DNA of 64,000 nucleotides from Acidimicrobiales bacterium (GTDB lineage Bacteria; Actinomycetota; Acidimicrobiia; Acidimicrobiales; CATQHL01): NCBI GenBank assembly GCA_965242895.1, contig OZ251507.1, positions 2,592,286 to 2,656,285 of the forward strand, read 5' to 3'. Shown piece by piece: positions 21,304 to 30,597 of this stretch (position 1 is its first letter; each line of letters starts with the position of its first letter). The notes under the pieces were generated by a model. It saw only the letters and a program-made list of their open reading frames with translations, ran no database searches and was not told where the DNA came from. The position numbers and the translations under genes were made by a program.

Positions 21304-21836
21304 GTTCAGTGCCGAGGCGCAAGTGCTTTCTTTCTTATCATAAGGATGACCTAAAAGCGGTGGAAAAATTTGCCAAAAAGTACAGTGGAGTATTTATCCC
21401 TAAAGTGCTCGGTGCTCTTGAGCAGAAACTGGTTAATAGCGATGATTCAGATTACATTATGAGGCGGATTCGCGAAAAGTACTTAAAAGATTCAACTGTA
21501 ACGATTGTAATTCTCGGTCGGTATACATGGTCGAGAAAGTTTGTGGACTGGGAGATAGCGTCTTCCCTTCGCAACGACCCCAAAAATAAGAGGAGTGGTT
21601 TGTTGGGAATTGTGCTGTCATCGGCGTGCCCCATTTCAAATGTAAAGCTGTCTGAGAGGATGTCAGCGAATATGTGGCGCAGAGGGGATCCAGACAAATA
21701 TGCTCGACTGCACAGGTTTCCTGATAATGACGAATCGCTCAGAGGCTGGATCGAAGATGCTTTTGAAGCAAGGCAAACTCGACAAGACTTGATTGATAAC
21801 AGGGCTAATCTGAAGCAACGCAATAGTCCTTGCTGA
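21300..21836 (+). CDS. TIR-like domain protein (DUF1863-type, ThsB-like)
   Basis: RKCFLSYHKDDLKAVEKFAKKY...VTIVILGRYTWSRKFVDWEIASSL. The start is translationally coupled to the upstream gene by an ATGA overlap. Confidence 0.7.
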   Translation: MSSVPRRKCFLSYHKDDLKAVEKFAKKYSGVFIPKVLGALEQKLVNSDDSDYIMRRIREKYLKDSTVTIVILGRYTWSRKFVDWEIASSLRNDPKNKRSGLLGIVLSSACPISNVKLSERMSANMWRRGDPDKYARLHRFPDNDESLRGWIEDAFEARQTRQDLIDNRANLKQRNSPC

Positions 21837-21856
21837 AAACCGTAGCGAGTTCGTAG

Positions 21857-24800
21857 TTATGTTTGCTCAGATAATCGGATCTTTCGTCTCTTTTCGGGCA
21901 AGATTTCGAGCCCTCGCTCAAGAAGAGCGGTTTTTAGGCGGTCGTACTCAGGCGTCTTATTGAGTTCTTGAGCCGACTCGAGGGCTTGACAAGCGTATTC
22001 ATTTGTTTTGGATATTGTGTACAGAGAGCTGTTACCACGAATCAAATAGTCGAATATCTCTAAGCAGCTTTTCTTGTCCTCAAGCCTTAGTGCTCGCTTT
22101 GTGACCCCGTATTCGTGATTGATGTGGCCGCCAGTTAAGCGCAAGGTTTCTAAAGTGCGTTTAGCCCATTGTGTGTCGTCGATAGAGAACGCTTCGGAAT
22201 ACCATCCGAAGCCTCCAAGATGCTTCGGGTCTTTCATTTCTAACACCTTGCCCCAGAAGCAGTCAGCGATTTTGGCCATTTCGCGTGCTTCAGGGCCGTA
22301 TATTACTCTCATCAAACGTCCAAGACATTCTCCCGCGTGTGAGATTGCCGTGATTTCTTTCTGCCATGGGGCGGCGGGGTCGGATAATTTTCGCACAGCC
22401 TTCGGAGGAACCTGATCGAGAAAATCTAGCACTTCTTTGAGGGAGTATCCCTCGTGTTCTCGGAGCATGCCTACTAGGTAATAGAACATAGAATCAGGGA
22501 CGTGCCTTTTGACAGAATTCTCGATCATTTCTTTGTAATTCTTAAACAAGCAGTCGCTCGGCTCTCCCCAGCTGAAGGTCTGGTCAACGGTTCTTTGAGC
22601 GAGTCCGTCGGGGGCTTGTTCACCGAACATCAAGTCACGCGTGTTCTCAAGCCACTCAGGTGCTAAGCGCTCCAGCAAGTGCAGAGTAGGGGAGATGATT
22701 GCTCGGAACTCGATGCCGTCCTGTCCGCTAAGTCGTAAGCAGTCCGTCAGAATTTGGAGAGTTTCTGGTCGGACAGTCTCGAACTTGCTGTATTCGTATG
22801 CCGAGAAGGACAATAGTGAATGCATGGCGTAGGTGCATGTGCGGTTGAAAGTATTTAAGTATGTATTAACCTCATAATCTGTGGACATCGTTAGTGGTTC
22901 TGAGCGATCTTGGATTTGTGTTTTGAGTATGTCCCATGTTCTGTCGTGCCAATTTCCGTAACCGATTTTCGAATTGGTGAGGGTGTTGATGAGTTTGATG
23001 CTGGCGCGCTTTACTTCGTTCCAGTTTGTGTCGTATCCGGACTGATTTTTTCCGAGTGGCTCGACATCCCGAGGTTCGTTATAGATCGTTTCGATAAAGC
23101 CAATGAGTTCAGAAATCTGTTGGTCACTGGGTTGATTATTTCCATTCTTGAACGCTGCTGCAATCCCATCAAGATAGGGATGAATGTAAGTGGGGTGACG
23201 GAGTGCTTCCAGGATGATTTGAGGAGACTTCAGCCATTCGCTCGGATTGGCCTGTACCGCCGAACGAAGAGCCCCTCCGAGTTCGTAGGGAGTCTGGGCA
23301 ACTTCTAGATCGGATCGGGGAGGGTCTTGAGTCCTCCAAGCGGCGATTAATGAAGCTGCTTCTTTGGGGGAGAGCTTCTCCAACTCATAAGCACTGATTG
23401 GGCTGCTATCTGTTAAAGGTTCTGTTCGCATGGCGAACTGAAGGCTGTTTCGGTTGTGTGGCAAATGCAGTTTTGCCAACTCTTGGAGCGTCAGTTCCCA
23501 GTCTTGGTTGAGGTTGTCGAGCAGCTTGTTCTGGTTTGAATCTTCTGTCAGTATGTTGACCCAGTCCAGTTTTCTGCGCCATTCATCTGGTATGAAGTTT
23601 TCTGATATCGCCTTTTTGATTTTTTCCGAACTTGGAGCGTCCCCCAGCGCTTCGTTCCACGCAGGGGTGAGTTCGCTGATTTCGCAGTCTTTCGCAATGC
23701 GATCAAGTAGAGACATATGATCGCCAGTAACTTTGTGAGATTTGATTGCTTCAGCGATTTCCCTGATACGTGTTTTATTCTGGGCGTTGTCGGTGGTAGC
23801 GAGCCAAGCCCGAACTCGCTGATGCAGGAAAGGTGGCAGTTCGGGTAGATCTTTAATGAGCGCTTCGACTGAAGTCCATGATTGAGATTTCTGAAGGATC
23901 GTTAGTAGGCCGTTCAGTAGAATTGAGAAAAAATCGTCCTCATTAGTCCTGTAAGTACTTACTGAGCCTCCTTGCAAGTGTTCTAGTTTACGACGCGTGC
24001 GATTGCTTTCAGGGACGGCCTTAAGTTTGTAACAGATAAGTTCAGTTCGTTCGACATGGTTAGCTTCGGAAATTCCTTCAGAGAATCTCTCTATCAATTT
24101 GGTATTATGATACAGAGACATAGAGTCTTCATGGAATTCAGGTGGGTTTGGGCTTACTAACTTATCAAAGAAAGATGTCAGCAAGTCGCTTGCGGGATGT
24201 GCCTTTTCAGAAGCCCAATAGCCTATTTCGAGGATATCTCGCCTAGCAGGAAAGTCCAGAACAGACTTTAGCACGAAGGGCAGAGCGTCTGATCCTATAT
24301 GGAAGGCGCAAAGGGTGATGTGGCAGATTGCTTCGTGATTGTTCTTGTTCTTCTCGTATAGTGTTTCGAGGAAAGTGATTATCTCATTGGGGTATTCTGA
24401 ATATAGATTTTGAAAGGCAAAAGCTGCTGGCCAATATTCTCTAGTAGACCCAGGTTCAGTTTTCTTGGGATAAATGATCTCGGTTTCCAGCAATAACTCA
24501 AGCCAACTTATAGAAGAAAGGTGTTCAAAGAAATATCTGTAGTGAATTTCCGTAACAGCGCATTGCCGCAGTTGATTAATGTCATCTTCAGTTGGAGCCT
24601 CGATCTTTGCTAGTGATTCCAATTTGAGGGCTCGTTTAGCTGATGGCATGAAAAGGCTCTCAAGAGCAGTTAAGGATTTTGACCAGATATGACTCAGGTC
24701 GTATTTTGCACTGCCGTTTCGATATTGATTTAGCTGCTCAAGCGCTTGACTATACTTTTTGATTGTAGGAGTGTCATTAGTTGGAAGGTAACTTGTTCTT

Positions 24801-25234
24801 CTGTAAAAAATCTCGAGCAGCTCTTGCGAGTTATGTTCTTCCTTTTTATGGAATCTTTCTAATTCGCCTATCTTCCGGACCAAATTGTCTAATGCTTTTT
24901 GCTCGTCTTCTTGAGAGACGCTGCGAACATTAAGGTAATCTTGCTTTGCCGACTCCACCGAGCGTGAAAGTTTTTTCCATTTAGCGCTTTTCCTGGCATC
25001 CGAAAAGGCGAAGAGCGCTTCCGGGGGAGCGAGCAGTGAGATCATTGCTTCTCGTAACGAAAATGCTACTGCTTCACTAAGACGGGGTGTAGCAGCGCTG
25101 CTATCTTCTAAGAGTATCTGTGCAGTTTCCAAAAGCTCGCTCGCCCTCTTGCCCTGATCGCCGAAATTCGTTTTAAGGTGAGTCAGTAATTGAGGATTAA
25201 GTTCTGTTTTCTTTGTTTTTACGATTGTTTTCAT
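21857..25234 (-). CDS. Large all-helical protein of unknown family, paralogue 2 (1,125 aa)
   Basis: Collinear with paralogues 1 and 3. Its start is 2 nt after the stop of the small partner (minus strand GCAGAGGTAAAATGAAAACA). Confidence 0.8.
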   Translation of the reverse strand: MKTIVKTKKTELNPQLLTHLKTNFGDQGKRASELLETAQILLEDSSAATPRLSEAVAFSLREAMISLLAPPEALFAFSDARKSAKWKKLSRSVESAKQDYLNVRSVSQEDEQKALDNLVRKIGELERFHKKEEHNSQELLEIFYRRTSYLPTNDTPTIKKYSQALEQLNQYRNGSAKYDLSHIWSKSLTALESLFMPSAKRALKLESLAKIEAPTEDDINQLRQCAVTEIHYRYFFEHLSSISWLELLLETEIIYPKKTEPGSTREYWPAAFAFQNLYSEYPNEIITFLETLYEKNKNNHEAICHITLCAFHIGSDALPFVLKSVLDFPARRDILEIGYWASEKAHPASDLLTSFFDKLVSPNPPEFHEDSMSLYHNTKLIERFSEGISEANHVERTELICYKLKAVPESNRTRRKLEHLQGGSVSTYRTNEDDFFSILLNGLLTILQKSQSWTSVEALIKDLPELPPFLHQRVRAWLATTDNAQNKTRIREIAEAIKSHKVTGDHMSLLDRIAKDCEISELTPAWNEALGDAPSSEKIKKAISENFIPDEWRRKLDWVNILTEDSNQNKLLDNLNQDWELTLQELAKLHLPHNRNSLQFAMRTEPLTDSSPISAYELEKLSPKEAASLIAAWRTQDPPRSDLEVAQTPYELGGALRSAVQANPSEWLKSPQIILEALRHPTYIHPYLDGIAAAFKNGNNQPSDQQISELIGFIETIYNEPRDVEPLGKNQSGYDTNWNEVKRASIKLINTLTNSKIGYGNWHDRTWDILKTQIQDRSEPLTMSTDYEVNTYLNTFNRTCTYAMHSLLSFSAYEYSKFETVRPETLQILTDCLRLSGQDGIEFRAIISPTLHLLERLAPEWLENTRDLMFGEQAPDGLAQRTVDQTFSWGEPSDCLFKNYKEMIENSVKRHVPDSMFYYLVGMLREHEGYSLKEVLDFLDQVPPKAVRKLSDPAAPWQKEITAISHAGECLGRLMRVIYGPEAREMAKIADCFWGKVLEMKDPKHLGGFGWYSEAFSIDDTQWAKRTLETLRLTGGHINHEYGVTKRALRLEDKKSCLEIFDYLIRGNSSLYTISKTNEYACQALESAQELNKTPEYDRLKTALLERGLEILPEKRRKIRLSEQT

Positions 25235-25235
25235 T

Positions 25236-25856
25236 TTACCTCTGCTCAGCTTGGATCTGGAGCTTGGGAGTTGCGTAGATTTTTCGATGAATGCAAAGAC
25301 ACTCTTTCCATATTTCTTCTACTTCCTTTCCTGATATCTTTTTATGTACGCCTTCTTGTACCTTTTTTATGAGATCATCATAACTTGCAATTATTTTCTC
25401 ACGATTTTTCGGTTTTAGATTATTCACTTTTAGTAGTTCCCTTAGACGTGCCTTATTTTTGTTCTTCACTTCCTCTTCGGCAGTCCTTAGCTCCTCAATA
25501 GCATCCAGCAATTTTTTAAAGTCTATTTTTTGATGGCCTGTCTGTTTTGTCCTAGTGTCATAGTTATCTTTTTCTGCTATCACTTTTGAGGTACAGTCTA
25601 ATAGTTGGTACTTATTTCTTATCCCTACAGTTTCAAGAGGTTCTGTTAATGCTTCGCGAATGCAGTACGCAATCGTCTCGGGCAACTTCGGAAGATTGAA
25701 ATTCATTGAAATGACGTCTTCTTTTATCTCTAGGAGTTGATGGGCGGTATTCAAGTATCCTACAATTCTTTTTCCGCTCTCACCATGTATGTTTATAATT
25801 AATTCGAGCACTTCTCGTTCTAGGTGCTCGAATTTCTTTGTTCCTGGTGTACGCAT
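25236..25856 (-). CDS. Small helical partner protein (206 aa), homologous to the N-terminal ~200 aa of the large proteins
   Basis: Starts MRTPGTKKFEHLEREVLELIINIHGESGKRIVGYLNTAHQLLE...ETIAYCIREALTE. Start chosen at ATG 25856 by alignment with paralogue 29721-30338. The ORF-track 263-aa form adds a Pro-rich extension that the paralogue does not share. Confidence 0.75.
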   Translation of the reverse strand: MRTPGTKKFEHLEREVLELIINIHGESGKRIVGYLNTAHQLLEIKEDVISMNFNLPKLPETIAYCIREALTEPLETVGIRNKYQLLDCTSKVIAEKDNYDTRTKQTGHQKIDFKKLLDAIEELRTAEEEVKNKNKARLRELLKVNNLKPKNREKIIASYDDLIKKVQEGVHKKISGKEVEEIWKECLCIHRKIYATPKLQIQAEQR

Positions 25857-26349
25857 GTGCGATTGGGCCTCACTTTGCCGTGCCTGCTCATTGGGATTCC
25901 TTTTGAGGGAACAGGGGAGACGTTCCGAATCGGGGAAGCCGAATTGGGGAAGCGAATCTTCGACCGCCGGGAAAGGGAAGGGGGAGGGAAGAGGGGGAGG
26001 GGGAAGAACATGGCGGAGACTTGCCAACTTTGTGTTCTCCGAAGTTGTTCCCGAGTATACAGGCTCCTTCTAACCGTGACGGAGGAAGCGCAAACTCGCA
26101 AGTCGATTTGTTGACGGGTTGGGATCGTTGCGTTTAGTCGACAGCGACCACGTTGGTCAGCGACAACCAGGGCGGGGAAACGGGCGCCTCTTGCCAGACG
26201 GGCTCAGGCGATCAGCCTAGGCTACTTGCTTCCGAGCCTCCTCGAGGAGGAGCGGCATCTTTGATTGTGGAGACCTTGGCTGGCGATGCCTTAAAGGGTT
26301 AGACGTGATCCGCCAGTTGGGGTTGCTGATGCGGTTTTCGTTTGCTCAG

Positions 26350-29300
26350 CTAATCGGTGTCTGATATCTCTTGTTTGGGCGGGATTTTGATCCCTCGCTC
26401 GAAAAGAGCGGTTATTAAGCGCTCGTACTCGGGCGTCTTACTGAGTTCTTGAGCCGATTCGAGGGCTTGATACGCGTAGTCATTTGTTTCGGATATTTTG
26501 TACAGAGAGCTGTTACCACGAATCAGATAGTTGAACATCTCTAAGCAACTTTTCTTGTCCTCGAGCTTTAGTGCTCGCTTTGTGACCCCGTATTCGTGAT
26601 TGATGTGGCCTCCAGTTAGTTTCAGAGTTTCTAAAGTGCGCTTAGCCCATTGTGTGTCGTCGATAGAGAACGCTTCGGAATACCATCCGAAGCCTCCAAG
26701 ATGCTTTGGGTCTTTCATTTCTAACACCGTGCCCCAGAAACAGTCAGCGATTTTGGCCATTTCGCGTGCTTCAGGGCCGCTTACGACTCTCAGAAATTTA
26801 GCAAGTTGCTCTCCCGCGTGTGAGATTGCTGTGATTTCTTTCTGCCATGGAGCAGCAGGGTCTGGTAATTTTCTCGTCGACTTCGGAGAGACCTGATCGA
26901 GAAAATCGATCACTTCCTTGACGGAGTATCCCTCGTGTTCTCGGAGCATGCCTACTAGATAGTAAAGCATGGATTCCGGGACGTGCCTTCTGACGGAATC
27001 CTCGATCATCTCCTTGTAATTCTTAAACAACCAGTCGCTCGGCTCTCCCCAACTGAAGGTCTGGTCAACGGTTCTTTGAGCGAGTCCGTCGGGGGCATGC
27101 TCACCGAACATCAAGTCACGCGTATCCTCAAGCCATTCTGGCGCTAAGCGCTCCAGCAAGTTCAGTCCAGGGGAGATGATCGCTCGGAACTCGATGCCAT
27201 CCTGTCCGTTCAGTTTTAAGCAGTCCGTCAGAATTTGGAGAGTTTCTGGTCGGACAATCTCGAACTTGCTGTATTCGTATCTTGAAAAGTGCAATAGTGA
27301 ATGCATAGCATAGGTGCATGTGCGATAGTAGGCGACTGAGAACATATCGCGGTCGGAATCGGGAGACATTCCTGATGTTTCTAAGCGATTCTCGATTTGT
27401 GTTTTTAGTATGCCCCATGCTCTGTCTCGACAATTTCCGTAACCGATTTCTGAACTGGCGAGAATTCTGATGAGGTCAATACTCGCACGCTTTACATTGC
27501 TCCAGTTTGCGGCGTATTCGGACTGACTTTTCCCGAGCCGCTCGACATTCCGAGGCTCGTTATAAATCGTTTCAATAAAGTCAATGAGTTCAGAAATTTG
27601 TTGGTTACTGGGCTGGATATTCTCATCCTTTATGGCTGATGCAATTCCATCAAGATATGGATGAATGTAAGTGGGGTGATGCAGCTTCTCCAGGATGGTT
27701 TGAGGAGACGTCAGCCATTCACTCGGGTTTGCCTGTACCGCCGAACCAAGAACCCTTCCGAGTTCATAGGGGGTCTGGGCAAATTCTCGATTGGGTTGGG
27801 GAGAGTTTTTAGGTCTCCAACCGGCGATTCGTGAAGCTGCTTCTTCAGGGTCAAGCTTCTGCAACTCTCGAGCACTGATTGGGCTGTTACCCGTAAAATA
27901 TTCTGTTTTGAATGCGAACGCAAGGCTGTTGCGGTTGTGCGGCAAATGCAGTTTTGTTAATTCTTGGAGCGCCAATTCCCAGTCTTGGCTTAGGTTGTCG
28001 AGCAGCTTGTTCTGGTTTAAATCTCCTGTCAGTATGTTGACCCAGTCCAGCTTTCTGCGCCATTCATCGGATATGCAGTTTTCTGATATCGCCTCTTTGA
28101 TTTTTTCCGAACTTGGAGCGTCCTCTAGCGCTTCCTTCCAAACAGGGGCGAATTCGCCGGTTTTGCAATCTTTCGCAATGCGATCAAGTAGAGACATATG
28201 GTCGCCAGTAACTTTGTGAGATTTGATTGCCTCAGTGATTTCCTTGATGCGTGTTTCATACTGGGCATTGTCGGAAGTAGCGAGAAGCCAAGCTCGAACT
28301 CGCTGTTGCATGAAAGGTGGCAATTCGGGTAAATCTTCAATGAGCGCTTCGGCTGTAGTCCATGATTGAGATTTTTCAAGGATTGTTAGTAGACCGTTCA
28401 GTAGAATTGAGAAAAAGTCGTCCTCATCAGTCCTGTAATCACTGACAGAACCTCCTTGAAAGTGTTCTAGCTTACGACGTGTGAGATTGTTCTCAGGAAC
28501 GGCCTTAAGCTTGTAACAGATAAGTTCAGTTCGTTTGATATGGTTAGCTTCGATAGTGCCTTCAGCTAATGCCTCTATCAATTTGGTGTTGTTGTATAGA
28601 GACATAGAGTCTTCATGAAATTCAGGTGGGTTCGGGCTTACCAATCTGTCAAAGAGTGATGTCACCAAGTCGCTTGCGGAGTGTGCTTTTTCAGAAGCCC
28701 AATAGCCTATTTCGAGGATATCTCGCCTAGCTGGAAAGTCCAAAACGGCCTTTAGCACGATGGGCAGAGCATCTGCTCCTATATGAAAGGCGCAAAGGGT
28801 GATTTGCCAGATTGCTTCGTGATTATTTTTACTCTTCTCGTAGAGTGTTTCGAGGAAAGTAATTATCTCATTGGAGTACTCTGGGTATAGATTCTTAAAG
28901 GCAAAAGCTGCAGGCCAATATTCTCTAGTAGACCCAGGTTCAGTTTTCTTGGGGTAAATGATCTCGGTTTCCAGCAATAACTCAAGCCAGTTTATCGAAG
29001 AAAGGTGTTCAAAAAAATATCTGTAGTGAGTTGCCGTAACTGCGTATTGTCTCAGTTGAGCAACGTTGTCTTTGGTTGGAGATTCGATCTTTGCTAGGAA
29101 TTCCAATTTGCTAGATCGTTTCGCCGGTGGCATGAAAAGGCTTTCAAGAGCATTTAAGGATCTTGACCATAGAGTACTTAGTTCATATTTTGTACTGCCG
29201 TGTTTACATTCGTCTAGTTGGTTAAGTGCTTGAATGTAATTTTTTATTGCAGGGGTGTCATTAGGTAGAAGGTAACTGGTCCTCCTGTAAGTGATTTCGA

Positions 29301-29718
29301 GCAGTTTTTGTAATTTATATTCTTCCTCTTTATGGAACCTTGCTAATTCCTCTATCTCCTTGAGCAAATTGTTTAATGCTTTTTGCTCCTCTTCGTGTGA
29401 AATATTGCGAACACTAAGGTAATTTTGATTGGCTGACACCACCGCGCGTGAAAGTCTTCTCCATCTACCGGCTTTCTCGGAATCAGTAAAGGCGAAGAGC
29501 GCTTCCGAGGAAGCGAGTAGTGAGGCCATTGCTTCTCGTAAAGAACATGCTACTGGTTCACTAAGACGGGGTATAGCAGCGTTGTTTTCTTCTAAGAGTA
29601 TCTGTGCAGTTTCCAAGAGTTCGCTTGCCCTCTTGCCTTCATCGCCGAATTCCGCTTTAAGGTGAGTCAGGAATTGAGGATCAAGTTCTCTTCGCTCGGT
29701 TTTCATGGTTGGTTTCAT
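26350..29718 (-). CDS. Large all-helical protein of unknown family, paralogue 3 (1,122 aa)
   Basis: Closest to paralogue 2, with long identical stretches. An alternative start is the second Met (MKTERREL, nt 29706). It is coupled to the small partner (minus strand CAGAGGTAAAAATGAAACC). Confidence 0.8.
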   Translation of the reverse strand: MKPTMKTERRELDPQFLTHLKAEFGDEGKRASELLETAQILLEENNAAIPRLSEPVACSLREAMASLLASSEALFAFTDSEKAGRWRRLSRAVVSANQNYLSVRNISHEEEQKALNNLLKEIEELARFHKEEEYKLQKLLEITYRRTSYLLPNDTPAIKNYIQALNQLDECKHGSTKYELSTLWSRSLNALESLFMPPAKRSSKLEFLAKIESPTKDNVAQLRQYAVTATHYRYFFEHLSSINWLELLLETEIIYPKKTEPGSTREYWPAAFAFKNLYPEYSNEIITFLETLYEKSKNNHEAIWQITLCAFHIGADALPIVLKAVLDFPARRDILEIGYWASEKAHSASDLVTSLFDRLVSPNPPEFHEDSMSLYNNTKLIEALAEGTIEANHIKRTELICYKLKAVPENNLTRRKLEHFQGGSVSDYRTDEDDFFSILLNGLLTILEKSQSWTTAEALIEDLPELPPFMQQRVRAWLLATSDNAQYETRIKEITEAIKSHKVTGDHMSLLDRIAKDCKTGEFAPVWKEALEDAPSSEKIKEAISENCISDEWRRKLDWVNILTGDLNQNKLLDNLSQDWELALQELTKLHLPHNRNSLAFAFKTEYFTGNSPISARELQKLDPEEAASRIAGWRPKNSPQPNREFAQTPYELGRVLGSAVQANPSEWLTSPQTILEKLHHPTYIHPYLDGIASAIKDENIQPSNQQISELIDFIETIYNEPRNVERLGKSQSEYAANWSNVKRASIDLIRILASSEIGYGNCRDRAWGILKTQIENRLETSGMSPDSDRDMFSVAYYRTCTYAMHSLLHFSRYEYSKFEIVRPETLQILTDCLKLNGQDGIEFRAIISPGLNLLERLAPEWLEDTRDLMFGEHAPDGLAQRTVDQTFSWGEPSDWLFKNYKEMIEDSVRRHVPESMLYYLVGMLREHEGYSVKEVIDFLDQVSPKSTRKLPDPAAPWQKEITAISHAGEQLAKFLRVVSGPEAREMAKIADCFWGTVLEMKDPKHLGGFGWYSEAFSIDDTQWAKRTLETLKLTGGHINHEYGVTKRALKLEDKKSCLEMFNYLIRGNSSLYKISETNDYAYQALESAQELSKTPEYERLITALFERGIKIPPKQEISDTD

Positions 29719-29720
29719 TT

Positions 29721-30338
29721 TTACCTCTGATTAATTTGGAGCGAGGATTTAAGATTTGAGTAGATGTCTTTGTGAACAGAAAGACATTCTGCCCACATTT
29801 CTTCTACTTCTTTTTCTGATGTCTTTTTATGCAGGCCTCTTTGCGTCTGTATTATGAGATCATCATATCTTTTAATTATTTCCTCGGGATTTTCAGGTGT
29901 TAGATTATTATCGTTTAATAGATTTCTTAAACTCATCTTATCTTTGTTCTTGAATTGCTCTTTAGCGATTTGTAGTTCATCAATAGCTCTCAACATTTTT
30001 CCATGGGCTACTCGTCTTTGATCTTCTGACAATTCCAAATTGTTTTGGTAGTCTTCCTTTGTCGTTACCACTTTTGAGGCGAACTTTAGTAGTTCGTGTT
30101 TCTTACGTACCCCTTTAAGAGCTTCTGTTAACGCTTCGCGAATGCAGTATGCAATCGTCTCGGGTAACTTAGGAAGATTGAAATTCATTGAAATGAGGTC
30201 TTCTTTTATCTCCAGCAGTTGATGGGCAGTATTCAAGTATTCTACAATTCTTTCTCCTCGCTCACCGTGTATGTTTATAATTAATTTGAGCACTTCTTGT
30301 TCTAGGTGCTCGAATTTCTTTGTTACTGGTGTACGCAT
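29721..30338 (-). CDS. Small helical partner protein (205 aa), second intact copy
   Basis: MRTPVTKKFEHLEQEVLKLIINIHGERGERIVEYLNTAHQLLE...ETIAYCIREALTE...GLHKKTSEKEVEEMWAECLSVHKDIY. Collinear with 25236-25856. Confidence 0.8.
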   Translation of the reverse strand: MRTPVTKKFEHLEQEVLKLIINIHGERGERIVEYLNTAHQLLEIKEDLISMNFNLPKLPETIAYCIREALTEALKGVRKKHELLKFASKVVTTKEDYQNNLELSEDQRRVAHGKMLRAIDELQIAKEQFKNKDKMSLRNLLNDNNLTPENPEEIIKRYDDLIIQTQRGLHKKTSEKEVEEMWAECLSVHKDIYSNLKSSLQINQR

Positions 30339-30597
30339 GCGTGATTGAACCTCACTTTGCCTGGCTGCCTATTTGGGTGCCTTTCGAGGGGACAGGGGTA
30401 CGTTCCGGGTCGGGGAAGGGAATCTTCGAATGCCGAAAAGGGGAGGAAAGAGCGTTGAAGTGTTTCTAGCGCTTGTTCGGATGTCGTGGATTGGGCGTCG
30501 ACCCTCTCTGTAGAGAGCCGTTCCCCATCCCTCTGTGGAGAGTCGCCCTCCCTGCGCCCCTCGCCCCGCCGCTCGTTCACCCGTCCCCCCGCTCCGT

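Noticed and set aside
25857-26027. The 263-aa long form of the first small-partner gene, starting at 26027 (MASLRHVLPPPPLPSPFPFP...).
   Set aside because: The paralogue at 29721-30338 starts at the equivalent of Met58 (MRTP.TKKFEHLE). Its homologous upstream DNA is not open in that frame. The extension is the translated C/T-rich leader.
14488-29718. Possibility that the three ~1,130-aa proteins are STAND/AAA NTPases, like Avs or other defence sensors.
   Set aside because: I scanned all three sequences for GxxxxGK[ST] and hhhhD[DE] motifs and found none. They appear to be purely helical repeat proteins, so I do not call them NTPases.
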